Assembly: GCA_017889345.1 (NCBI GenBank) | Contig: JAGHEJ010000039.1 | Coordinates: forward strand, 2,147 to 34,146 | Reading direction: 5' to 3' | Length of the DNA: 32,000 nucleotides | Source: Clostridiales bacterium | GTDB lineage: Bacteria; Bacillota; Clostridia; Clostridiales; Clostridiaceae | Shown here: one piece after another, positions 10,031 to 19,272 of the stretch | Position numbering within the stretch: the first letter of the stretch is position 1 | Layout: each line of letters begins with the position of its first letter | Notes under the pieces: generated by a model | Seen by the model: only the letters and a program-made list of their open reading frames with translations | Told to the model about the DNA's origin: nothing | Database searches by the model: none | Made by a program: the position numbers and the translations under genes

Positions 10031-11240
10031 AAATTTTTGGCACTTTTATAACAAATGTTGCCCCACATATTTCATTGTTAAAAACTTCTATACTTCCATT
10101 TAATTTTTTTATAGAACTTTCTACAATTGAAAGTCCAAGTCCTGTTCCACGACTTTTAGTTTTTGAATTTAAAACCTTATAAAATCTTCCAAATATATCT
10201 TCAATTTCATTTTCAGGTATTCCAATACCATCATCAGAAAATTCTATAAATACATTTTCATTATCCTCATAACAAATAATTTTTAAAGTTGTTCCAAAAG
10301 AGTGTTTAATCGAATTATCTATTATATTGATGAAAATTTGACGCAAATATTTTTCACAACCTAATATTACAACTGAATTTTCTGGCAAAATTATTTTAAA
10401 TTTTGTTTTATCTATTTGTGGAATTAATAATTGTTTTATACTAAACAAAAGTTTAGTTATATCAATTTTTTGTTTGTTAATATCATTCTGCGTTTCAATC
10501 TCAGAAAATATTAAAATATCACTTATTAAATTATTTAATCTTATAGCCTCTCTATTTATGATGTCATAAAACATTTGACGATCCTCTTCCTCCTCAACAT
10601 TTTTTAGAGTTTCTGAGAATCCAATTATAGAAGTAAGAGGAGTTTTTAATTCGTGAGTAATATTAGATACAAACTCTTTACTCATTTGATCAAGTTTTTT
10701 GTATTCGGAAATATTTTTGAATTTGTATATTTTATATTCATCCGTAATATTTAAAACAGAACATAAAATATTTATATTTGTATATTTAGATGGCACTTCA
10801 AAATTTTCTGGCTTATAAAATTTCAAAATCCAATACAAACTTGTATCATTTATATTTTTATTAAGAAATTCCATCTTACTTTGTAAATTAAATAATTTTA
10901 AAGTTTCGTCATTCAAATAACTAATAGTATTTTTATTATCAATGATTAATATTCCCTCATCAAAAACATCAATTAAATTTTTTAAAATATAATTTTGTTC
11001 ATTAATCAAATTATTTTTCCTATGAATTTTATTTATCTTAATTTTTAACAAATCAATTATATTTTTTAATCTGAAATCTTTTTTGTTGGCCGTGTTTACA
11101 AAACTCTCTAAATAATTTTGAGAATTTATTTTAATAATTCCAATTAATATATTTTTGACTTTCTTACTATAAGAATAGAAACATATGAGAAATATAATTC
11201 CAGAAATTAAAATCCCTAAAACTAATCCTAAGATTATCAT
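10029..11240 (-). CDS. phoR: PhoR-like sensor histidine kinase (single N-terminal TM, PAS-like, HisKA, HATPase)
   Basis: H-box FVSNITHELKTPLTSIIGFSETL, N-box NIIDNSIKHS, G-boxes DDGIGIPENE and GTGLGLSIVESSIKKLNG; adjacent to response regulator and pst operon. Confidence 0.85.
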   Translation of the reverse strand: MIILGLVLGILISGIIFLICFYSYSKKVKNILIGIIKINSQNYLESFVNTANKKDFRLKNIIDLLKIKINKIHRKNNLINEQNYILKNLIDVFDEGILIIDNKNTISYLNDETLKLFNLQSKMEFLNKNINDTSLYWILKFYKPENFEVPSKYTNINILCSVLNITDEYKIYKFKNISEYKKLDQMSKEFVSNITHELKTPLTSIIGFSETLKNVEEEEDRQMFYDIINREAIRLNNLISDILIFSEIETQNDINKQKIDITKLLFSIKQLLIPQIDKTKFKIILPENSVVILGCEKYLRQIFINIIDNSIKHSFGTTLKIICYEDNENVFIEFSDDGIGIPENEIEDIFGRFYKVLNSKTKSRGTGLGLSIVESSIKKLNGSIEVFNNEICGATFVIKVPKI

Positions 11241-11243
11241 GTC

Positions 11244-11957
11244 TTATTTAAAATTAAATTTATATCCAATTCCTCTAACCGTCTCAATCAAAATTGGATT
11301 TTTATCATCATCTTCTATTTTTTTACGAAGGCTTCTAATATGTACATCAACTGTTCTGGTTTCGCCAACGTAATTATATCCCCATATACTATCCAAAATA
11401 TATTCTCTTGTAAAAACACGCCCATCACTTTTTATAAGCATGGCCAAAAGTTCAAACTCCTTAAAAGTCATCTCAAGTTTTACACCATTTTTATAAACTT
11501 CTCGTTTTTTTAGATCTACTTTTACATCTCCAAACTCAAAATTTTTAGACTCTAACATAGATACTTTGCTATTTAATTTTTGCATTCGTCTAAATACTGC
11601 ATTAATTCTTGCAATAATTTCTTTGACAGAAAACGGCTTACAAATATAATCATCTGCTCCCAATTCAAAAGCTAACACCTTATCAAATTCTCTACTTTTT
11701 GAAGAAAGAATAATAATAGGAATATCTTTCGTATACTCATTCTCAGAAAGTTCTTTACAAATTTCAAATCCATCTTTCTCAGGAAGCATTAAGTCAAGCA
11801 AAATAAGCTCAGAATTAAACTGAATAACATTTTCTACAATATCTAGCCCATGGGAAACATAATCTACATTAAAATTATTTTTAATAAGATTGTACTTGAG
11901 TAATTCTGCAATACTAGCATCATCTTCAACTATCAAAATCCTTTTATTATCACTCAT
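11244..11957 (-). CDS. phoP: PhoP-like OmpR-family response regulator
   Basis: KRILIVEDDASIAELLKYNL..., LLDLMLPEKDG, winged-helix VFTREYILDSIWGYNYVGETRTVDVHIRSLRKKIE...IETVRGIGYKF. Confidence 0.88.
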   Translation of the reverse strand: MSDNKRILIVEDDASIAELLKYNLIKNNFNVDYVSHGLDIVENVIQFNSELILLDLMLPEKDGFEICKELSENEYTKDIPIIILSSKSREFDKVLAFELGADDYICKPFSVKEIIARINAVFRRMQKLNSKVSMLESKNFEFGDVKVDLKKREVYKNGVKLEMTFKEFELLAMLIKSDGRVFTREYILDSIWGYNYVGETRTVDVHIRSLRKKIEDDDKNPILIETVRGIGYKFNFK

Positions 11958-11981
11958 AAAATTTTATATCCTTTGCGAAGT

Positions 11982-12704
11982 TTAATTAATAAAGATAAAT
12001 GAGAATATTCTATTTAATGATTCTTTGTCTCTTCTATAAGAATAAAACTTTACGTCATTACTACAATGTGTACAATAATTTATAAGATTTATATTTTGTT
12101 CTAGAATCCCTTTACTTACAACAGAATTTTTAATACATTCAATCATGTTCAAATTATTTCCATAAAAAATATTAGGATTATTTTTAAATCTATGGTGATT
12201 AAGAAATTTTTCTCTCAAATCATCTTGAATTTCATAACAACATTTCATATTGTGTGGTCCAATATAAATAGTTATATCTTCCGCCTTTGAATTATATTTT
12301 TGAATGAATATATCAATAGCATTTAAAAATATTTCGTTATAAACACCCTTCCAACCACTATGTACAGCTGAAACAATTCCCTTATTTTCATCAAACAAAA
12401 AAATCGGCACGCAATCTGCCGTAAATACACCAACTGCTCTATTTTTTTGAGTAGTTATAAGCCCGTCCCCTTCAACTCTAGAAACGAAATCCTCATCACA
12501 AACATGAACAATATCACTATGAGTTTGAGAAACGGTATATATTTCGGACAATCCAAAAGATTTCTTTATAAAATCCATGTTTTCTTTGTAATTATCAAAT
12601 TTTGGATGTATTCCAAAATCAGTATTAGCAGTGGTAACAACCATCAAAATGTTTTGTACTTTTTTATGCAAAAAATATTTCTCGTCAATTTTAATTAATT
12701 CCAT
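11982..12704 (-). CDS. ylmD: YlmD/YfiH-family (laccase-domain) protein, peptidoglycan-editing factor/purine nucleosidase type
   Basis: TQTHSDIVHVCDED, DGLITTQKNRAVGVFTADCVPIFLFDENKGIVSAVHSGWKGVY, IGPHNMKCCYEIQDDL. Confidence 0.88.
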   Translation of the reverse strand: MELIKIDEKYFLHKKVQNILMVVTTANTDFGIHPKFDNYKENMDFIKKSFGLSEIYTVSQTHSDIVHVCDEDFVSRVEGDGLITTQKNRAVGVFTADCVPIFLFDENKGIVSAVHSGWKGVYNEIFLNAIDIFIQKYNSKAEDITIYIGPHNMKCCYEIQDDLREKFLNHHRFKNNPNIFYGNNLNMIECIKNSVVSKGILEQNINLINYCTHCSNDVKFYSYRRDKESLNRIFSFIFIN

Positions 12705-12727
12705 ATAAAACTCACCTTATATTAATT

Positions 12728-12994
12728 TTAATTACTCGGTTGCAATAAATCAAGATTAGTTCCATCAATTAATATAACATCAATTCCAATTTTAATTATT
12801 TTATCCCAAGGTATCTCAATGTAATTATTTTTTGAGAACCAAGAATTTCGATAATAAGCAATTAAAATTGAAGTTACAATTTGCCTATCGGTATCAATTT
12901 TAAAATCATTTATGTATCCAATTTTACCTCCTATACTTACGTCTATTATCTCCATAGTTTTAAGATTATTTAATGAAAATTCTCCATCATACAT
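12728..12994 (-). CDS. ylmC: YlmC/YmxH-family PRC-barrel sporulation-associated protein
   Basis: MYDGEFSLNNLKTMEIIDVSIGGKIGYINDFKID...YIEIPWDKIIKIGIDVILI; position between ylmD and the sigG/sigE cluster. Confidence 0.75.
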   Translation of the reverse strand: MYDGEFSLNNLKTMEIIDVSIGGKIGYINDFKIDTDRQIVTSILIAYYRNSWFSKNNYIEIPWDKIIKIGIDVILIDGTNLDLLQPSN

Positions 12995-13081
12995 AAAAAT
13001 TTTTCCTCATAATTTTAATAAAAATTTTTATTAATCTATATGATGATAAAAATATATTTATACTTTTCATGAAAGAATAGT

Positions 13082-13087
13082 TATAAT
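13082..13087 (+). promoter_or_regulatory. Possible -10 element (TATAAT) for the P-type ATPase gene
   Basis: TATAAT about 46 bp upstream of ATG 13134; -35 poorly defined. Confidence 0.4.
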
Positions 13088-13133
13088 AGTATAGATAAAT
13101 AATAAAGATAAATTGTCGGAAAGGGGGAACATT

Positions 13134-15212
13134 ATGACATTAAGTTTTAAAGATTTAAATTGTTCTAAATGTGCAGAAAAAATAAAAAATGAGCTTTCGA
13201 AAACTTCATACATTTCAAATGTTAATGTAGATGTTCTTAATCAAAAATTACATTTAGAATTTAATGACGCATCAAATATAAATCAAAAAATTGCTGATAT
13301 TAAAGAACTTTGTATAAAAATAGAACCTGAAATGAGTTTCATTGATTCATTAAACTCAGAAAATACGAACAAAAATTTCAAACTTTATTTGTTTGTGATA
13401 GGTATAATTTTAACAATTCTTTCTTTCTTTTTAAAAGTTCCTATACAAATTGAATTTTTAATATGTTTTATAGCCTACATTTTAATTGGAAACAATGTAT
13501 TGCAAAAAACATTTTTCAATATAAAAAAGGGAATTTGGTTTGATGAAAACACATTAATGACCATTGCTACAATTTGTGCCTTCGCTATTGGGGAGTTTCA
13601 AGAAGCTGTAGCAGTTATGATCTTTTCACGAGTAGGTGAAATGATTCAGGATAAAGCCATAAATAAATCTAGAGCATCAATTACTAAATTGATGGATATA
13701 AAACCTGAAACGGCAAACATTTTAATTGATAATACAATTAAAACCATTCATCCAAGTCAAGTAAAAATTGGAGATATAATTGTTGTAAAACCTGGTGAAA
13801 AAATTCCATTAGATGGGGAAATTATTTTCGGAGAGTCTTCACTAGACACAAAAGCTCTAACTGGTGAGTCTTTACCAAGAAATGTTAAAGAAAATGATTC
13901 TGTTTTATCAGGATGTATAAACATAGATTCTCTTATTAAGATAAAAGTCTCATCTAAATTTGAAGACTCAACTGTTTTAAAAATATTAAATATGGTTGAG
14001 AATGCTAACTCCAAAAAATCTAATACCGAAACTTTCATAACAAAATTTGCAAAAATCTATACCCCAATCATTGTAATCATAGCTCTTATAATTGGAATAC
14101 TCCCTCCTCTTCTCATAAACGGAGAAAATTTTTCAACATGGATATATAGAGCATCAATATTTTTAGTTATATCTTGTCCTTGTGCATTAGTCATATCAAT
14201 TCCTTTAAGTTTTTTCAGTGGAATCGGAGTTGCATCTAAAAACGGAATCTTAGTTAAAGGTAGTAACTATCTAGAAGCACTAAACAATGTGTCTACTGTA
14301 ATTTTTGATAAGACAGGTACTTTAACAGAAGGAAAATTTTTCATAACAAAAATTGAACCAAACAATTGTAGTAAAGAGGAACTAATGGAATCAGCAGCCA
14401 TTGCCGAAAGTTTTTCAAATCACCCAATTGCAAAATCAATCGTTGAACATTACAACAAAAATATTGATAAAACACAAATTAAAAAGTATGAAGAAATTGC
14501 TGGACACGGAATCACAATAACATTAGACAATGATTTCATTATTGCTGGAAATGATAAACTAATGAAAAAATTCAATATTTCTATAAAAGAGACAACTCAA
14601 GATATTGGAACAAAAATTTACGTTGCAAAAAATAATTCTTACATGGGATATATTTTAATTTCAGATAAACTAAAAACAAATACTCATAAAACAATATCTG
14701 ATTTGAAAAAATTTGGAATTAAGAACACTGTGATGCTCACAGGAGATGACAAAACCATAGCTCAAAATATTTGCGACCAAATTGGAATAACAAAGTTTTA
14801 TCCAGAATTACTCCCTAACCAAAAAGTTGAACACGTAGAAGAACTTATAAAATCAAAAAATCCAAAATCCCATTTAGTATTTGTTGGAGATGGTATAAAC
14901 GATGCCCCATCACTTGCAATAGCAGACGTTGGAGTATCAATGGGAGGAGTTGGATCTGATGCAGCAATAGAAGCATCTGACATAGTTTTAATAGATGATG
15001 ATCCATATAAACTTGTAAAAGCAATGAAAATCGCAAAAATCACAAGAAGAGTTTCAATAGAGAACATTTCAATTTCTCTTGGAGTCAAACTACTTGTAAT
15101 AATTCTAGCCACATTTGGATTTTCATCCATATGGGCTGCTATCTTATCTGATGTTGGTGTATCACTGATTGTAATAATAAATTCTGTTAAAATTTTAAAT
15201 AAAGAGATATAA
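13134..15212 (+). CDS. Heavy-metal-translocating P1B-type ATPase (Zn/Cd/Pb-type likely)
   Basis: N-terminal HMA motif LNCSKCAEK, TGE (LTGESLP), CPC (ISCPCALVISIPLSFFSG), DKTGT, HP locus (FSNHPIAKS), GDGINDAPSLA. AAGGGGG SD before ATG 13134. Confidence 0.93.
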   Translation: MTLSFKDLNCSKCAEKIKNELSKTSYISNVNVDVLNQKLHLEFNDASNINQKIADIKELCIKIEPEMSFIDSLNSENTNKNFKLYLFVIGIILTILSFFLKVPIQIEFLICFIAYILIGNNVLQKTFFNIKKGIWFDENTLMTIATICAFAIGEFQEAVAVMIFSRVGEMIQDKAINKSRASITKLMDIKPETANILIDNTIKTIHPSQVKIGDIIVVKPGEKIPLDGEIIFGESSLDTKALTGESLPRNVKENDSVLSGCINIDSLIKIKVSSKFEDSTVLKILNMVENANSKKSNTETFITKFAKIYTPIIVIIALIIGILPPLLINGENFSTWIYRASIFLVISCPCALVISIPLSFFSGIGVASKNGILVKGSNYLEALNNVSTVIFDKTGTLTEGKFFITKIEPNNCSKEELMESAAIAESFSNHPIAKSIVEHYNKNIDKTQIKKYEEIAGHGITITLDNDFIIAGNDKLMKKFNISIKETTQDIGTKIYVAKNNSYMGYILISDKLKTNTHKTISDLKKFGIKNTVMLTGDDKTIAQNICDQIGITKFYPELLPNQKVEHVEELIKSKNPKSHLVFVGDGINDAPSLAIADVGVSMGGVGSDAAIEASDIVLIDDDPYKLVKAMKIAKITRRVSIENISISLGVKLLVIILATFGFSSIWAAILSDVGVSLIVIINSVKILNKEI

Positions 15213-15223
15213 AAAACAAGAAA

Positions 15224-15246
15224 GCTATCTAAATTAATTAGATAGC
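15224..15246. terminator. Bidirectional terminator between the P-type ATPase gene and sigG
   Basis: gctatctaa-attaa-ttagatagc followed by CTTTATTTTAT; convergent genes. Confidence 0.75.
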
Positions 15247-15253
15247 CTTTATT

Positions 15254-16024
15254 TTATATATATTTTCTCATATGTTTAAGCGCAGTTTTTTCAAGTCTTG
15301 AAACTTGAGCTTGAGAAATTCCAATCTCTTCTGCAACTTCCATTTGAGTTTTTCCCGTAAAAAATCTAAGATTTAAAATCATTGTCTCTCTTTTATTTAA
15401 TTTTTTCATTGCCTCTTTAATAGATATATCTTCAATCCAATTCTCATCACAATTCTTTGCATCACTTATTTGATCCAACACAAAAATTGAATCTCCTCCA
15501 TCGTGATAAATAGGTTCAAACAAAGAAACAGGATCTTGAATTGCATCTAATGCAAATACAACATCTTCTCTTGGAACATCTAACTCTTTTGCTATTTGAG
15601 ATATAGTAGGCTCCTTATTATTTTCAAGAATTAATTTATCCTTAACAATCAACGCTTTATAAGCTATATCTCTTAACGATCTACTAACTCTTATAGCATT
15701 ATTATCTCTTAAATATCTACGAATTTCTCCTATAATCATAGGAACTGCGTAAGTAGAAAATTTTACATTTTGACTTAAATCAAAATTATCTAACGCTTTT
15801 ATGAGACCAATACACCCTACTTGAAATAAGTCATCTACATTTTCTCCTCGATTGTTAAATCTATGTATAACACTTAATACCAACCTCAAATTTCCTTGAA
15901 TAAAAGTTTCTCTTGCTGTAGTATCTCCACTTCTCATTTTAAGTAAAAGTTCTTTCATTTCTTTATCTTTAAGCACTGGTAATTTTGATGTATTAACTCC
16001 ACATATTTCAACCTTACTTATCAT
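15254..16024 (-). CDS. sigG: RNA polymerase sporulation sigma factor SigG
   Basis: MISKVEICGVNTSKLPVLKDKEM..., NLRLVLSVIHRFNNRGENVDDLFQVGCIGLIKALDNFDLSQNVKFSTYAVPMIIGEIRRYLRDN; very characteristic N-terminus. Confidence 0.97.
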   Translation of the reverse strand: MISKVEICGVNTSKLPVLKDKEMKELLLKMRSGDTTARETFIQGNLRLVLSVIHRFNNRGENVDDLFQVGCIGLIKALDNFDLSQNVKFSTYAVPMIIGEIRRYLRDNNAIRVSRSLRDIAYKALIVKDKLILENNKEPTISQIAKELDVPREDVVFALDAIQDPVSLFEPIYHDGGDSIFVLDQISDAKNCDENWIEDISIKEAMKKLNKRETMILNLRFFTGKTQMEVAEEIGISQAQVSRLEKTALKHMRKYI

Positions 16025-16059
16025 AATATCAGTCCCTTCAGAGTACTTAATCCTCTTTA

Positions 16060-16090
16060 GAGTATAACCGACATTATTCGATTTTATTCA
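16060..16090 (-). promoter_or_regulatory. Candidate sigma-G/sigma-F promoter for sigG
   Basis: Minus strand TGAATA (16090-16085), 18-nt spacer, TATACTC (16066-16060), compared with the described sigma-G consensus TGNATA-N17/18-CATNNTA; about 35 bp upstream of the ATG. Confidence 0.55.
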
Positions 16091-16127
16091 TTCTTTTTAA
16101 CTCTTTTGTAAATATTTTGTAGTAATT

Positions 16128-16838
16128 TTAGAGCATTTTATTTATTTCTTTCTTCAACTTCTTGATTATTCTCTTCTCAAGACGAGATATATAAGATTGA
16201 GAAATACCTAAAAGATCCGCAACTTCTTTTTGAGTTTTTTCAATTGTACCATTTAATCCAAATCTCAAAGAAATAATTTCATGTTCCCTATTATTTAAAG
16301 AATCCATAGCAATAACAAGAAGGGTCTTGTCCACTTCTTCCTCAATAAATTCAAAAACATTATTTTCATCTGAGCCAAGTATGTCAGATAATAAAAGTTC
16401 ATTTCCATCCCAATCAGTATTTAAAGGTTCATAGAAAGATATTTCTCCCTTAACCTTATTTGATCTTCTTAAATACATTAAAATTTCATTTTCAATACAT
16501 CTAGACGCATATGTAGCTAATTTAATTTTCTTATCTGGATTAAAAGTATTTACTGCTTTAATTAAACCAATTGTGCCAACTGAAATTAAATCCTCAACCA
16601 TAATTCCAGTATTTTCAAATTTCTTTGCAATATATACAACTAACCTTAAATTTCTCTCAATAAGAATTGTGCGTGTACTATCATTATCTTCTAATAATAA
16701 TTTATTTATTAAGTCATCTTCCTCATCGCGTGTTAAAGGAGGTGGTAAAGCATCGCTACTTCCTATATAAAAAATAAATTTCGTCATTCCCTTTAATCGG
16801 AAAACTAAATTATTAATTAAGATTATAATTTTTTTCAT
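16128..16838 (-). CDS. sigE: RNA polymerase sporulation sigma factor SigE precursor
   Basis: Pro-sequence and cleavage region [21 protein letters not shown], then [37 protein letters not shown]; follows spoIIGA. Confidence 0.96.
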   Translation of the reverse strand: MKKIIILINNLVFRLKGMTKFIFYIGSSDALPPPLTRDEEDDLINKLLLEDNDSTRTILIERNLRLVVYIAKKFENTGIMVEDLISVGTIGLIKAVNTFNPDKKIKLATYASRCIENEILMYLRRSNKVKGEISFYEPLNTDWDGNELLLSDILGSDENNVFEFIEEEVDKTLLVIAMDSLNNREHEIISLRFGLNGTIEKTQKEVADLLGISQSYISRLEKRIIKKLKKEINKML

Positions 16839-16848
16839 TATTCTCCCC

Positions 16849-17619
16849 CTAAATTATACATCTCGATAATATTGCCTCAAATCGTTTTTCAGAATCTAAA
16901 CATGTTTGTGTTGTACACAATATAACATCTGTATAGAATTCATTAGAACTATTTTTGAAATGTACATTTCTTACTTTCACCCCTTCAAAATAAGAAGTAC
17001 TTCCTGTTATAACCTTATATGGAATTTTATAAAACTGTTTTTCATTATAGAAAATTCCTGGCATGCATCTTGTCTCAACAATTATTACTGGTAGACCGGT
17101 TACAGGTTCACGTAATTCATTACCAGTATCCAAGAACCCCTTAAACTTATAGACTCTTTTGTCATGCTTTAAAGTTATATTAAATATGTAATTATCAAAA
17201 AAGGTATTCTTTTTTATATATTTTTTTGCTATATCAGATATGACAAAAACAAGTAGAAAAATTACTAAAACAAATAAATAATTTACATTTTCAAAATTAT
17301 TATTGCAAAATGATACGACGCCAAATAACAAAAACGAAACCGTAATCAATGTAATAATTATTTGAAGAAAATATTGGATAGTAAATTTAGGAATGCAAAA
17401 ATATATATTGGCCAAAAACGAAATTAAAATTACAAAGAATAGATATACAATAGAATTTAAATTTAAAAATATAATTGTACATAATAACGAAGAAATTAAA
17501 GATGATAAAATCAATTTACGCAAATCTATTTTAAAATTGAGCATCTTAAAACTAATATAGAACACAAATAAATTAAAAATAAAGTTCTCGAATACTAAAA
17601 GGTCAAAATAAATAGTCAT
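16849..17619 (-). CDS. spoIIGA: Pro-sigma-E processing aspartic protease SpoIIGA
   Basis: Multi-pass N-terminus, catalytic motif [23 protein letters not shown], located directly upstream of sigE. Confidence 0.92.
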   Translation of the reverse strand: MTIYFDLLVFENFIFNLFVFYISFKMLNFKIDLRKLILSSLISSLLCTIIFLNLNSIVYLFFVILISFLANIYFCIPKFTIQYFLQIIITLITVSFLLFGVVSFCNNNFENVNYLFVLVIFLLVFVISDIAKKYIKKNTFFDNYIFNITLKHDKRVYKFKGFLDTGNELREPVTGLPVIIVETRCMPGIFYNEKQFYKIPYKVITGSTSYFEGVKVRNVHFKNSSNEFYTDVILCTTQTCLDSEKRFEAILSRCII

Positions 17620-17746
17620 ATTTAACTGCCCCTTTTAAAATCATTTCTATATTATAAAGATTTCCATATTAAAATTTTGTTGTTTTTACTGTTACGCTGA
17701 ACAAATTTTTGTATAATATTTTACATTGTTCTCACCAAAAAAATAA

Positions 17747-17767
17747 AAGCCACCATCACGGTAGCTT
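17747..17767 (-). terminator. Terminator downstream of ftsZ
   Basis: Minus-strand aagctacc-gtgat-ggtggctt followed by TTATTTTTTT. Confidence 0.75.
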
Positions 17768-17775
17768 CTCAAAAA

Positions 17776-18915
17776 TTATTTATTAAAATCTCTCTTTCTT
17801 AAGAAAGCAGGAATTCCAAAATCATCATCTTTATCACTAGTTAATTTGAAATCCTTCTTCTCTTCAACCTTCTTAGCTGATTCTTCTTCAGACTTAGGAG
17901 CTTCTTTTTTAGGAGTTAATATCTCATCTTTTATTATCTCACTAACTTTTTTATTTGAACTTCCTTCAAACCCTGTAGCTATAAGAGTTACTCTGATCTC
18001 ATCTTTTAAATCTTCATCAATTACAGCACCAAACATAAATACTGCATCTTCATCAGTAGATTCTTGAACCATATTACCTGCTTCATGTATTTCATGTAAT
18101 GATAAATCTGGTCCTCCAGTAACGTTCATCAAAACTCCTGTAGCTCCAATAATTGATGTTTCTAATAATGGTGATGAAATAGCTTGTTTAGCAGCTTCTA
18201 TCGCTCTATTTTCACCAGTTCCTCTTCCAATTCCCATATGAGCAAGTCCCTTATCACTCATAATCGCCTTAACATCAGCAAAGTCTCTGTTAACTATACC
18301 AGGAATAGTTATAAGGTCTGATATACCTTGAACACCTTGTCTTAAAACATCATCTGCCTTCTTAAATGCTTCAAGTAATGAAGTCTTTTTATCAACCATC
18401 GTTAATAAACGTTCGTTTGGTATTGTTACAAGAGTATCAACTTTACTCATTAAATTTGCAATTCCCATATCAGCTTGAATCATTCTCTTTCTTCCTTCAA
18501 ATGGGAAAGGTTTCGTAACAACCCCAACCGTTAATATTCCTAAAGATTTTGCTATCTCAGCAACAACAGGTGCAGCTCCAGTTCCAGTTCCTCCACCCAT
18601 TCCAGCAGTTATAAATACAAGTTCTGCTCCTTGAATAGCATCTTTAATCATATCTTTGCTCTCTTCAGCAGCTTTTTCACCAATCTCAGGATTTGCGCCA
18701 GCTCCTAGACCCCTAGTTAATTTTTCACCAATTTGTATTTTAGATTCTGCCTTAGAAAGTCTTAAAGCTTGGTTATCTGTATTAACAACAATAAATTCAA
18801 CATTTTTCAATCCATCTTCAATCATTCGGTTAACGGCATTCCCACCGCCACCACCGCAGCCAACTACTTTTATTCTTGCATTTTGAAAAATACTATTCAT
18901 GTCAAAATCTAACAC
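17776..18915 (-). CDS. ftsZ: Cell division protein FtsZ
   Basis: [55 protein letters not shown]-terminal peptide [13 protein letters not shown]. Confidence 0.99.
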   Translation of the reverse strand: MLDFDMNSIFQNARIKVVGCGGGGGNAVNRMIEDGLKNVEFIVVNTDNQALRLSKAESKIQIGEKLTRGLGAGANPEIGEKAAEESKDMIKDAIQGAELVFITAGMGGGTGTGAAPVVAEIAKSLGILTVGVVTKPFPFEGRKRMIQADMGIANLMSKVDTLVTIPNERLLTMVDKKTSLLEAFKKADDVLRQGVQGISDLITIPGIVNRDFADVKAIMSDKGLAHMGIGRGTGENRAIEAAKQAISSPLLETSIIGATGVLMNVTGGPDLSLHEIHEAGNMVQESTDEDAVFMFGAVIDEDLKDEIRVTLIATGFEGSSNKKVSEIIKDEILTPKKEAPKSEEESAKKVEEKKDFKLTSDKDDDFGIPAFLRKRDFNK

Positions 18916-19272
18916 ACTAATTCCTCCTATACTAGAAAAATTAAATTTTAACTTCTGTAAAACATATAACTAAATTAATAAATAAAAATAAATAACATTA
19001 AATATGTAAATAACTACAGTTCAAGTGATAGTCCCATTTAAAACTCTTTACATATAACATCACAAATAACTTTATACTTATTTCACAATACAAGTTTGAG
19101 ATATTTGTTAATATTTTTATATTAAGAATATTTTTTTAATTTATATAATACTTTCCATACAAAATAATTTCCCTAGTATAAATATATAAATTATAAAATA
19201 ATTCAAACTAGACTCAGTTATTCATATTAATCTCATTAAGGTATATTCAACAAAAAAGTCAAAACTCCTTGT

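Noticed and set aside
13757-15130. Minus-strand ORFs (93 and 110 aa) and a second plus-frame ORF (63 aa) inside the P-type ATPase gene
   Set aside because: Antisense or alternate-frame shadows of a well supported CDS with all P1B motifs.
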